Virus record (IMG/VR): IMGVR_UViG_3300048597_000634
Location: 1-64,000 of that record
Strand: one strand, 5' to 3'
Length of the DNA: 64,000 nt
Part shown: piece after piece, positions 50,301 to 55,640 of the stretch
Layout of the letters: each line of letters starts with the position of its first letter
Position numbering within the stretch: the first letter of the stretch is position 1
Made by a program: the position numbers and the translations under genes
The notes under the pieces: model-generated
Database searches by the model: none
The model's input: only the letters and a program-made list of their open reading frames with translations
Told to the model about the DNA's origin: nothing

Positions 50301-51330
50301 AACCCAACTTGGCGTGGACACTGCCGCCTGGCATTTGTAGCCCGCCGAGCTCTAACTGTCTATTATTCCTCTCAGCCAGCGTTTGAGCTGCATAGATACT
50401 AACATCATTGCCACCATAGATACCCATAGGGTCAGAGCCTTCTTCCTGAGTACCGTAACCAGCAGATAACACTTGTGCCGAAGATATTCGTTGGGTGACT
50501 AACTCAGTTCTACCTGTGCGTTCAGTAATAGCGGTCATGAAGCCAGCTTCTTGAACTTGAAATATAGACCCTCTAAAGCCCAACCCAGACCGCTCTTTGT
50601 CAGCAAACATGTTGTAGTAGTCCTGGGTAGTAGGTCTACTCATGTAGCCTTCTGGTGTGGCGTAACTGTCAGAAGTTAGTTTGAGTTGTCTACTGAACCT
50701 ACCATCGCTGTCTATAGACTCAGCAAGGCGGTTACCTTGGAACCGGGCGTTGTTGTCGTAATAGCTAAAGGTGCGTTCTGACGCTTCGTCTAAATTCAAC
50801 CCTGAGCTACCTATAGCCGAACCGAACCCACGGCGGCTAACATTCTGCTTGAACTCTTTAGAAAAGTCTTTAAGCGCCTTATACGGGTCTTGTGACCTAG
50901 TGTGGACGTCTTCTACAAATTGGGAGGTGATAGAGTGCCCAGCGACGTTGGTTCTTAAGCGATTCCAGTGGGCTTGTTGCTCTGGAAATGCTGTGCGTAC
51001 ATTACTCTCTGTCTCTAAAAATTTATCTACTAACTCTTTGGTTATTACATATTGTGTTGTTTCACCTCTTTCGTCTACAACTTCACGGATAGCTTCTACT
51101 AACCGCCAAGAAAATGCGCTGGCGGTCATAGCCGGGCCTTCGGCAGCTAACTTATCTTTTACTGCTTCAAGTACTTCTTCGCGACCAAGTAGCTCTATTA
51201 AACCTCGTAGAGCGGCGTCTGCTTGTATATCAAAATCTGACACTATGATTACGTCTCCGTGAGAGAGGCTATAGTCCCACTTTACTTGCAAAAAAGAACC
51301 CGGCTCTGGGCGGAGTCGGGCGGCGGGCAA
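35305..51330 (-). CDS. Giant protein (5341 aa) in the tape-measure position: putative ejected virion two-barrel RNA polymerase with an N-terminal tandem PLD/nuclease-like module
   Basis: HAK (50308-50316)...STQNL and HSK (49543-49551)...GSANFS...NIE. Beta-like SGMRAGSIIPKG...DIYSMISPSQVK (about 46200-46390), IAGRQGSP (RQGSP at 40579-40593), FMGLGDYDGDSY (GDYDGD at 40384-40401). Hydrophobic Gly/Ala segments near the C-terminus. Lies directly after a frameshifting chaperone-like gene. Confidence 0.7.
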   Translation of the reverse strand: MPAARLRPEPGSFLQVKWDYSLSHGDVIIVSDFDIQADAALRGLIELLGREEVLEAVKDKLAAEGPAMTASAFSWRLVEAIREVVDERGETTQYVITKELVDKFLETESNVRTAFPEQQAHWNRLRTNVAGHSITSQFVEDVHTRSQDPYKALKDFSKEFKQNVSRRGFGSAIGSSGLNLDEASERTFSYYDNNARFQGNRLAESIDSDGRFSRQLKLTSDSYATPEGYMSRPTTQDYYNMFADKERSGLGFRGSIFQVQEAGFMTAITERTGRTELVTQRISSAQVLSAGYGTQEEGSDPMGIYGGNDVSIYAAQTLAERNNRQLELGGLQMPGGSVHAKLGYWYENKRVIDEEGKLVAKTEQIESFFISTQNLTNTLAKSNTVEDLVLINRPVDEDKLGSFNRVSSEIKAAADALIKVTRDQISNNTAITSLSDISASTSFFQRFRENIQSASAAGVNEKNRTIFANQEIKGQFSRMFKTAAEDSNKLVITAQYFEQALIGRGGKFEDTLFDGADIENLQKLASKGNLKIGVSGSSMGSNQGLFDLLDKFSKVNRSTLDEGQQKRYDLVESLLKPGARGESAFTLMPTQYMHSKSMAMFSAAGDLLEYTLGSANFSEKALKPRDRESTTDNIEVSAFFRGDSLGLLSAADQQRIKNNYFYGIGRFDEEKPDSGGVLGRYGQSLRHRYQGTQVQQKGKAEFVNSAIEMIERMGGKEATADDASAAPFRYKKEYILDTKSSTGYRLTGLKISIAQPNMGAKDYSIGLTIGSERKSVQSGPGGAMTVIESPMVYINKTQRFLTGAVFENATDSTFNFIRYNEIDRTVENAQLGPQGSYEANALDVLGGFLSTMRTSMNYETKVRGIAYTYEALGSDVMKKALEGTLADRVSSLYLYNKHGDSTPDSEIHKVLVAREQGLGSLLNLIQKEGNLEGVLTLLQRDLAGVSGQSDIIPRYSGPESDVMRQRGSEIGTLFNQIIPGSRQANAQDLASRLVHNFSMMMEKSVGLRPDDARDYTSGFTGRYNDIIMQAFGATPVGMQIYRDTVASGYSESYSRQVDAYSQPHTENYSHGQSLHSKPVVGLTPETMDLFRLVSPGIGIDPSLVDGRIGGLILNPYPLSHGEMLGSPDGGQYLRTVGKAVGRAQHQSFTEKIGGLTKIQGGAPVVYSMLGLANTMPTLQAIDRKGYKERSARLLKEMGVEGDAVDKVTKALEAQTFNPKYGSEVGTKEEEEAKEYDLLYYFPYAKTEQIMQRMKNLLSTRPMYDASREFIDYSYSLGLNGKYSDYDAGKGSGKKNFLDAPEDIIGGRLLDSMPAQQYHALIAMMEERFAREGDPRKGVDKKKIYDLERAMMLQIAKEIAIDDRAVGKGYMGSERPRLSILIAGATQLSDYGIQNTGYRRSEYEYGMKLLKPHPVQTNITLSGGMIGPAALQSSVQQYLQPGTVFIARDTTIQHTKVIADLNKQLNEKLQLTIKEVAVAKNLPAINFNVDTEGAVTRQGIRAGIIDAFKKIDQDIDAAQIDAIYKGAVAKVREENQGIRVITDHKTGQVGYVLNRGAYQGGRQVGEVSTVNTTGAKVGDLDPGDAAFKMWGFMSYDGGHAQPMQLRVPAITGDELNSISVLGEVTVTSMSGNTATIDTRFYNVEDFMSGMRAGSIIPKGPMKGGQLALFEAARGLMGQESINLLPSSVKSGNDSREVSAEDIYSMISPSQVKAFNFEIGLMMLSDRQESGIYKRLTDKTSGGMNVALALSMLFINADAKTIGGDNNLAMLYDRLSSTLNNGDGKQYAASLRAKKSLMGLETDVSKGFKTFSSAPGSASLAMFSALGGFGKWTSDSESVESALLHQVIVALGDAKDTEVQKARDNLTRAAKGLLDYTFSEKSRGGVIIEDFDTKPVGLLSFLTKASADIYRDLTPEQLRTTRALGEVILSGQSLFTSPLSLIRGDEGLAEVDKKYEAARDSVLTVLNNLFNLGADEDKKGRRQRQIEMKRREAYLIAGEIHKISGGDMESVNRILNQDLDIDGFLTRAGTAKSRFDLSPELNQQTNLEKRFATTALWSPMQTMYQSEQHKYIQDLDKSEYNPYLEAIKSITKGNMTHRSVIDDLIASTGEFASDAQKALRTKFDSTLRRIVIKRSDMGSQLLKLEDRLREIGITNFSSDSEFGKLLSSFQPGMLETINTADRAKSQPVGSSFSALIGFYSAVEAYGGLADRGGTVIQDAMRVQAQRMGYSLPSQELIKGILNKIKSSESDDALTDGEYRALKEVELVFEGITAAIQQARTITIPMETNFSKISTPAGSKDSTALEGHLSRSMTERQLKQYTYSPEEFADLTSVQNALMSLTKAYYGSIPNAKQRETLMAMDLMNINEWRWGDVEVDETNKLVKRKGKPKGQSAAAQSKQFIWDYLANYNSLYRNALPGEESEVGFSRVNIYDFVSDGVKDGKRDSDVVDMMQRINTIAYGPAGKNFDSPEAELEHRAKALATLTYDSLSAGITRQRTVARVTKELSAGLNDYLSYTMASGQTEEDAKRISAVLAAEKSAYKKQIDYFIAEVIKGDRNKDEILKDGIFNERVSDEDAALLRGASAVRYDASGKHAKTLLRIVSELKGISREVIGIKGADKTKVGEISKSLAFMESSLTNPTGNDVLSAEKLMTVIDAVLVGEDGLLNVLTDKYRAQNRSYEGRIPGRVKNTKKNRRSGAVPTTEARLDYREKTRSELEEVRKELIDLQPAREGGIIGYLDHMSAQQPTETDTWFSIAMRGGSEDANKFLKADEIARMAAPGGNIYQKIQHAQSQDRGAAYLEGMKSMYKTVLGLGAGNLNPRGNLTAQQERLLSLKRSLEKTQFISLSSYAVDSFEVGKIRLRHHTNVKGERFSDTGLILGLDVLEKMSLLFQNSSHDALEAQQNLVSKLSAAKGLIDKVEAGLISSYLGEKQNKTTSVTQEEWQQLLDLQEAMMMSKVTAISILQNENSIRQATGNRLNMMGTSFIAMNSFLVGATEVALGKRFDSASGVTTAGGYLRFMADVAPKNRDMEKYLLVDPDQRKFLIGHYKEKHNLEAQLAEAIETKGTDKIAYLQSELSSWNDMLGMSPEGQDRTLAENLESLQEKLKIQNDVANQFAITDEAKSRDALQAAQELQKQIAVITDTKKAVGKRIGSYVAPVTDVSISKSQASVIYEVKDYLTKLSSDASSSLFGTDRYNEATLDIDLLIKQIEASEGDTASVDLQLYKRVKSFLSSNVQQILSFTDNDYIGESWLDKARAKAQRASDIRKSNKGKKVVTRKTREGQVSFDSLVSGTYEVINRALGKKPRSTPVEAKVPLEEAKSYADVTAEQKAERKQEEFKVARKLMADDISGRFKELDKGVKQQTKTLRTQRVSQVDKVAQASQMGAMYDKLLSFSKTGKDIDRDTVHDILKVLKYSGDQITKGELTVTDDTKSTIISAFDSLSKGKTLDSHVIQLLELGTEEQTSMTLKEQRTSFNSFLTDLLSKAKSNALAADKAYEKLQKWHKLVSDYALAYAEGEGDSSKARTFTEVELLQAYESSGKSRTLVELQLITGQEVTKENRNEILAKVDAHFLRSDLIAGRQGSPYGSAAGPRGVASALSALQGVTMEEMRKRGQLVNSLFTPDESADNTLMMISAFGFQFMGLGDYDGDSYQAALSSITKAQSTIAQTNEQLKTIEDSTNRLKNALKELVARKELAQAKQPKDLNEIDAIDKKIRTVERELNIVNSRAKQAKELNQRATKDLRDINREARETQQVKGDKAYKGLRSYVSSYLALPTYLFGDNVTNAQGEDVYQYGLHDNELAGTVKQYRDTISGYSDRADDTTNSVGAFAWLKEVDNKVSIDDKGRLSFDVEGMKASRGGAGGGTTMTVNQMVAAAEQWNQALIKEEIHQRIKGGSTLDEAAVRQKVIEDMQKMSIDDYMKKVAEFQNQSEAIFMSITTSSKIFSNVAGSQISPADLGSIQSIMGTTGGGLLGKVYNTVVPSAVTQMTDSLMNRMMSNDSVRADFLNSIEKLQQTNANIPQVDLAKTISAIADSLGSMTDTSGVPWELSMDRKEAKASTAYRFMLTTQQYLRDAALKPKGKVGLVEMASKFRLSNSAVQQIKSLGIAGMEEQDWSNIEGYDKLLQMQPAAAEEDVSRQYLEIISQDFLGARAGELLNYSRDKAGTNNSVQLDGDMTAFGMLKLLTDYTGSRAMTAEEMLESGHYSDALKATRDDLSERLTTHDAQVKEYLASKSSGDTDRIDAAKQALRSAGIKPEMVDRVLRSEQDGSWYIDNDAFVQNTIADLIGKFQSQFLGGSSVADDFKSTDPMATERTLYTHGLEVQVNEQTDPTQDPTYKIVRTADSDAILRKNAAYQMQDKLDAYNRKFNLSGDDALTVNDIEAGDVDWQLEAAAAKIKAGTKEKALSDLNRKLGLERNPDLRLTDVDASTLLGSGPENIQAELRRRLTRMSGVSDKDLTITANENLATSYLDIIEKSKSGTEADTLSAINKGRNADESFGSIEEARTWSEGIMQNETKLRSDLALLNSNDPDSRLRDVNRGRSVAFETVEDAKSDHERQIREIESRRKKATEVNRRLAAADGAFSTWNTATHGADAEADAFTSTMTGELNDRYNELSSNRSAIEAEAAGQDLSVNEVAATTFRTLQEVTVRNQADDLMDVMMKTKQLNQAVQGVVTDGQSEEFGAVKDALIDAQKLASLTVFESMEAMGSETVAQAQGIDSAKLNQASLAQAMSTGLTNVLESVRTYASSLGDGQEFDTKLGGAVMSFLSMGGVLPDQIQDVIDQNIAGQVGTVEGYASALETEDGRQQLASKLARYGGDDVDLTTGEGRLSAANLLVDGETNTLQTGVLKALMQAGVIDAIASGSGFTGHVAQWNDMMQDAIELGSINPEDLSQSGRHALDAAANAALPAYEWATSNKEPRFVATQDMADDFNKGLSDKGMTQELTAEQLTTLVNKEGTTSVLQDMGVDSAGERKILGKQLEQFRTQEVGPAPTVVTTMPTPTTPTSGGTDNDFGQRRVNPETLSIPAQHQALKTAITHAGENRQNREIARQQNETEQALRRNYGFTEALSILAIPTLFAAMQGDIPITEQVGGLVQDVFSSAITSGTFEQSASSLMLMDGKSEEDRAARLAQVRRASDNLQMARMKDYFRYYDSPTEALARGVLNETIYQGMGRLAAGAGTAIDMARGHGLDRKGNPILGEELTVGDSGLGRMVTEIGAGLLGRVVGGVLSGRPVNHGFYSATEDDFANELVAAAASAASQVVNFIADVTDEMWEGDPGEIKLDDGNLISMVDTDTGASLTYEVARPDKLLVGTALDTDEYLQIVEGDQNAISTYDELSA

Positions 51331-51332
51331 AC

Positions 51333-51908
51333 CTAACGAAAGACTTTTGATAATGGGTCGCCGTGTTTCCCTCCTAGGGCGGATAAGGTAGGGTTATGTA
51401 CAGCTTCTTTTAGTCTCTGTTCTTGTTCTGCTTGCTTTTGCTTGATCTTGCGGTTTAGGTTCTCTACTTCCATTTTGACCGCTTCTACAATCAACATGGG
51501 ATAACCATACTGTCTTATAAAAGGGTCTTCGTTACCCCCTAGCCACTCTGCTAAAGACACTGGCGCTAATTGACTTACAGCTAACCAATTAGCTATTTGA
51601 TACCGCTCGCTGAGGATTTTAGCTGCGTCTTCATTTACCCTTGACCTAACAATAGAAAGATTCTTTAGTTGATCTTCGGTAATATCCCAGCGTGGGTATG
51701 GGTAGCCAGGGGGTAAAATCCATAGTCTACCGGCGGCAGGTATTTCTGGGTCATACTCAGCTACACCACATTCAAATAATCCAGGGCTAACTAAGCATGC
51801 CGAGTTTACAACTCTTGAACAGTGTTGGCCGGCGGCTTGGATGTTTGCTTGGGTTTGGGTGCGGGCGTTGTACCGGGCTTGCTCAAACCAAGTTTTTCCA
51901 GATAACGC
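51333..51908 (-). CDS. -1 frame extension of the tail assembly chaperone (lambda gpGT-like product, about 425 aa in total)
   Basis: The -1 frame is open for 192 codons from the slippery site to the stop at 51333 (ALSGKTWFEQARY...KVFR). The ORF track shows only its last 75 aa. Confidence 0.7.
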   Translation of the reverse strand, partial: ALSGKTWFEQARYNARTQTQANIQAAGQHCSRVVNSACLVSPGLFECGVAEYDPEIPAAGRLWILPPGYPYPRWDITEDQLKNLSIVRSRVNEDAAKILSERYQIANWLAVSQLAPVSLAEWLGGNEDPFIRQYGYPMLIVEAVKMEVENLNRKIKQKQAEQEQRLKEAVHNPTLSALGGKHGDPLSKVFR

Positions 51909-52609
51909 TTTCCCGCTTCCTTTGCACGGTCTTCCCCGGCTTCATCCAAAGTAAACTGGTTAACAAAGACCAACTTAGCAAACTGCACATCAGCAATAGT
52001 CCACTCATCTAAGAGACTAATACTGTCTTTAGGCTGCTCTACAGGTACCCCTTCTACAGCGCTAACACAGGTAGCAAACAGTAGCTCTTCAAGGGTGCAA
52101 CCTTGCTCTTGCACGCCGATATAACGGCGGTCAGCTGCCATTTGAGTGCCAGTATTAACAGCGTTATAGGTAATGCCAACACCTGACATGGGCATTTTGT
52201 CTGCTTCGATGGTGTAAGTAAGGGCGGCGGTTACCATGAATTCATTAGCGAGGTCGCGGGCCTGTTTAGCTTGGTCAGCACCAACCCAGAACATTTCTAA
52301 GAAGATGGTGAGTAAAGCTTGACGGTCAGGGATAGTGAATAGTTTAAGGCGGTCGATTACATCTTTAGGACGGCGACCCATAACCGACTTGTTATCTTTG
52401 TCCACGACATCAACGATTTGTTGACAGAGTAGGAGTTCTTCGGCGGCATAACCAGGGGATTTGCGACGACCTTGGGAATCCATATCATTGGGGTAAAGTT
52501 TGCGGGCTTTACGCCAGTCTCCAAAGTACGGGCATTTAAGAATCACATCATACTCACCAGAAGGTAAGTCTTCACGGCTGATAGTGATAGTTTCTGGTAA
52601 ACGGTTCAT
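51806..52609 (-). CDS. Tail assembly chaperone-like protein (267 aa)
   Basis: Two internally similar halves (EELLLCQQIVDV / EELLFATCVSAV); in-frame G GGA AAG near the 3' end; precedes the giant gene. Confidence 0.65.
   Translation of the reverse strand: MNRLPETITISREDLPSGEYDVILKCPYFGDWRKARKLYPNDMDSQGRRKSPGYAAEELLLCQQIVDVVDKDNKSVMGRRPKDVIDRLKLFTIPDRQALLTIFLEMFWVGADQAKQARDLANEFMVTAALTYTIEADKMPMSGVGITYNAVNTGTQMAADRRYIGVQEQGCTLEELLFATCVSAVEGVPVEQPKDSISLLDEWTIADVQFAKLVFVNQFTLDEAGEDRAKEAGKRYLEKLGLSKPGTTPAPKPKQTSKPPANTVQEL
51908..51914 (-). promoter_or_regulatory. Programmed -1 ribosomal frameshift heptamer GGGAAAG
   Basis: Read as G GGA AAG (Gly-Lys) in the frame of 51806-52609; same heptamer and phase as lambda G/GT. 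Confidence 0.75.
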
Positions 52610-52773
52610 CGAGGAGAAATCCTAATTATGTTAATTGGTACCGGGGTATCGGGTCGGTCAGCGCTGTACTGCCAATCCGCTAACTCTACGTTAGCTTAGG
52701 TTTTTAGTTGTTGGAGTTGAGAGTTAGACATAGCCTAATATTAACAGTAGAGCTTAGTTAACAATACAATCCT

Positions 52774-54264
52774 GTGCCTACACAACCCTCTAATCCATTT
52801 CCAGCTGGCGATATACGTTATGCAGATAGACGTAGCGCCCGGGCTAAACTGCAGCAGCAGGGTCAGTTCAACCAACTGTTACTTAACCGGCCTTTGCACG
52901 CTAAGCTCCGCACTTATGAAAAAATGGTGCGGCAGGATTTGACTATTAACTCCTCGGTACAAACTCGGGTTAATTCCATCGTTGGTTCTATAGGCTTACC
53001 AGTTCATCCAGATGAGGAGATCCAGGAATTCCACCGCAATAGCCTGTTAGCTCTAGAAGACCATTCTGGTAAAGCATGGGAGCAGGTATTAAGGGAAATT
53101 CAATTCACAAAGGATTGGGCGGGCTTTTCGGTATCTGAGGTCTGCTATAACCTGACTTTCGGGGCGCTAACTCTTAAAAATGTCTTAACATATCATCCGA
53201 CTACTATAACTATCTACCCAGATAAAGACGGGTTATTAACTGAAGGGTCTAAGACGTTAAGTGGGCACAAGTCTGGGATATTCCAACATCATACGTTAGA
53301 CCCCCGTGGGGAACGTCAACTACAGATGTGGAAGCATATCTACTTGGCCGCTAACTCTGAGTATGGTAACTATTATGGTCATTCATTGGTGGCACCTTCT
53401 TATAAATGGTTCCGGCTTAAAGAAGTGCTGATCGAGATGATGGTTAGTGCCATGAATGATGTAGGTAAGCGCGTGACTTGGATTAGGTCTCCGTCTACCC
53501 CGTTAGGGGATGAGATGATACTAGACCCTGCTACCGGTAATGAGCGCCCTAAGACTACCCTTGAGTATATTCAAGAGCAGTTAGAAATTAATCAAGAAGA
53601 CTTGAGACATGTGTTGCTACCACAACTACAAGCTGGTAATGACTATAAGCCAGAAATCGGGTCTATTCCTTCGAGTGATAACTTTGGCGATGTGTTTCTG
53701 AATACCTTGCGGTTTGTAGATGCTGAGTCTATCCGACATATTGTGCCTTACTTCTTGATTATGGACACTAACTCCTTAGAAGCGGCTAGAGAGCGGCGGA
53801 TGGAGGTTTACTTTAAGACTATTTATAATGAGCGCCGGGCTTTAATTAACCATGTTGTACAAAAGTGTTTAATGACTACACAACAATGGAATTTTAACAG
53901 GGAGTCTGCCAAGATACCGCCCACCTTTGCGAACCAATATAGTGACCGCCCTGAAGACCGGGTAGCTACCATGCAGGTGGTAACTGGTCTAACTGATAAG
54001 GCATATTTGAACCCGTTAGATAGTATGGACTGGGCTATGGTGCGGCAGATGGCTGGGCTCAGTGAGCGTGAACAGACCCCGGCGGATATCAAGTTCATTA
54101 AGCAAGTATTGATTGAGCCTTTGCAGAAGCCGGCAGGTGGTGAGGCAGTTAAGAAGCCTACTGCTGGCAGACCTACGGGGAGTGTGAAGCCCCAACAACA
54201 AGACCGGCAGCCCGCTAAGCCGGCCGCCGGCAACCCCAAAAAGAACTTACATGAAGGAGGCTAG
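52774..54264 (+). CDS. Portal protein (Mu gp29/DUF935-like)
   Basis: MVRQDLTINSSVQTR, GFSVSEVCY and NYYGHSLVAPSYKWF motifs; first gene of the head block. Confidence 0.8.
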   Translation: MPTQPSNPFPAGDIRYADRRSARAKLQQQGQFNQLLLNRPLHAKLRTYEKMVRQDLTINSSVQTRVNSIVGSIGLPVHPDEEIQEFHRNSLLALEDHSGKAWEQVLREIQFTKDWAGFSVSEVCYNLTFGALTLKNVLTYHPTTITIYPDKDGLLTEGSKTLSGHKSGIFQHHTLDPRGERQLQMWKHIYLAANSEYGNYYGHSLVAPSYKWFRLKEVLIEMMVSAMNDVGKRVTWIRSPSTPLGDEMILDPATGNERPKTTLEYIQEQLEINQEDLRHVLLPQLQAGNDYKPEIGSIPSSDNFGDVFLNTLRFVDAESIRHIVPYFLIMDTNSLEAARERRMEVYFKTIYNERRALINHVVQKCLMTTQQWNFNRESAKIPPTFANQYSDRPEDRVATMQVVTGLTDKAYLNPLDSMDWAMVRQMAGLSEREQTPADIKFIKQVLIEPLQKPAGGEAVKKPTAGRPTGSVKPQQQDRQPAKPAAGNPKKNLHEGG

Positions 54265-54891
54265 ACCAGCACTAACTAGTAAAGCTCTGTTATTAGCATA
54301 GACCATCCCTAAAGCTGAGTGCTCACAGAATCCATTGGTGGCTGCGGAGTATCTACTACAAGAGCAGTGGTTTGCTCCCCCTCGAATGTAATGTTCTTTT
54401 TTATTGGGAGTTACGACGCTGTAATGAGAACCCATATATTCATTGATAGATAGTCCATATAAGATAGCAGCCGAGCCTACTGCTGTCTTACTATCTAGCA
54501 AATACTCTTTACTTAATCTATAAGGAGTGCCTTGGATGCGATAACTAAGGTTGCCGGAAGTGAAGTTAGCCCAGCCTATAGAGTCAAGGATGAGGCTATG
54601 ACAGTAATAGAAACAAGCTGACTCAGTCAGGTCGGCGGATAATGGGATATCTGTTAGCTTCTGATAGACATTGACCCTGTTTTGTAGTTGTTCCCAATCA
54701 TAGGGGAGCTTTTTAGCTAAGGCGTCCGCTTTGAATTTAATAGGTGCGCCTGGGATTTTACTAGAGCCTGTCCGTCTAGTTAACAGGCATTGAAAGTAAC
54801 CATCTGGGTCGAAGGTAGGCGTAGTTATTGTGATGTACGAGCGTAGTTGGTCTAAAGTAGCTAATAGGTACGCAGGATTGTTGCTTTCCAT
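54247..54891 (-). CDS. SWIM-type zinc-finger protein
   Basis: C-terminal CSC...FCEH (CxC-xn-CxH). Confidence 0.55.
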   Translation of the reverse strand: MESNNPAYLLATLDQLRSYITITTPTFDPDGYFQCLLTRRTGSSKIPGAPIKFKADALAKKLPYDWEQLQNRVNVYQKLTDIPLSADLTESACFYYCHSLILDSIGWANFTSGNLSYRIQGTPYRLSKEYLLDSKTAVGSAAILYGLSINEYMGSHYSVVTPNKKEHYIRGGANHCSCSRYSAATNGFCEHSALGMVYANNRALLVSAGLASFM

Positions 54892-54958
54892 GGTTGATAA
54901 TCGTTAATGGTTGCCTCATCAATTTTCTTTTTATGTACCCTTTCCCGGTTAGGAACAA

Positions 54959-55627
54959 ATGAGTAGTAAAGAACTTAGTGTGCTCCAAGAGCTATCTACG
55001 GCAAAAGTTAAACCTCCTAAAGATGTGATTAGTAAGCTTGGCGTGGCTAATTCTGCTAATTATGCCGTCAACGGTTATACAAGTCCACCGCCGCTAGTCC
55101 AGAAGTTTAGCAACGTAGCAGAGGAATCAACCGAACCTAACGCAGCTATGGTACAACCTGAACCGACCCAAGAAACGACTGTCGTGCCCGCCGCTCCTCA
55201 ACCTAAGACTACTGAGAAGTTTGGCTATAACTTGGTGGGTGCCATCCCTAGTGGATATGGACCGGCTAATGCCTGCGGAAACTGTGTCCATGATGATTAT
55301 GGCTCTTGTAAGCTGCATGCTTTCCCCAATCATTATCATTACACCTGTGGGGATTTTGAGATTAAACCGGTAAAGAATAATTACGAGTTGTTTGAGAAGC
55401 CTAAAGAGGCTAAGCCTTTGGAAGGTGACACATTGTCTAAAGCGGCGGAAGACTATGAGCCTATTTTAGAAAAGTTTAGCGATGGAGACTTAGCGTCGGA
55501 AGTGTTGGATGTGGTAGTCCAGCGGTTCAGTGCGCGGAGTGCCTACGCTGATGAGTTTTTAAAGCTGCGTTATCGCCGGGCTTATCAATCTAAGCACGGT
55601 AACTTAGACAACGCTTTTTTGGAATAG
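54959..55627 (+). CDS. Hypothetical protein with Cys/His cluster (222 aa)
   Basis: CGNCVH...SCKLH...TCGDF. Confidence 0.6.
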   Translation: MSSKELSVLQELSTAKVKPPKDVISKLGVANSANYAVNGYTSPPPLVQKFSNVAEESTEPNAAMVQPEPTQETTVVPAAPQPKTTEKFGYNLVGAIPSGYGPANACGNCVHDDYGSCKLHAFPNHYHYTCGDFEIKPVKNNYELFEKPKEAKPLEGDTLSKAAEDYEPILEKFSDGDLASEVLDVVVQRFSARSAYADEFLKLRYRRAYQSKHGNLDNAFLE

Positions 55628-55640
55628 GTAACTACTAACT

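Noticed and set aside
13169-51330. Inteins as the explanation for the giant sizes
   Set aside because: I saw no C/S-start block A with matching HN-C/S/T ends and no LAGLIDADG motifs. This was a by-eye check only.
51375-51385. GGGAAAC as a second frameshift fusing the chaperone extension to the 5341-aa ORF
   Set aside because: It is phased GGG AAA C in the upstream frame, not X XXY YYZ, so it does not fit tandem -1 slippage, although the giant ORF's frame is open for about 20 codons upstream of its TTG start.
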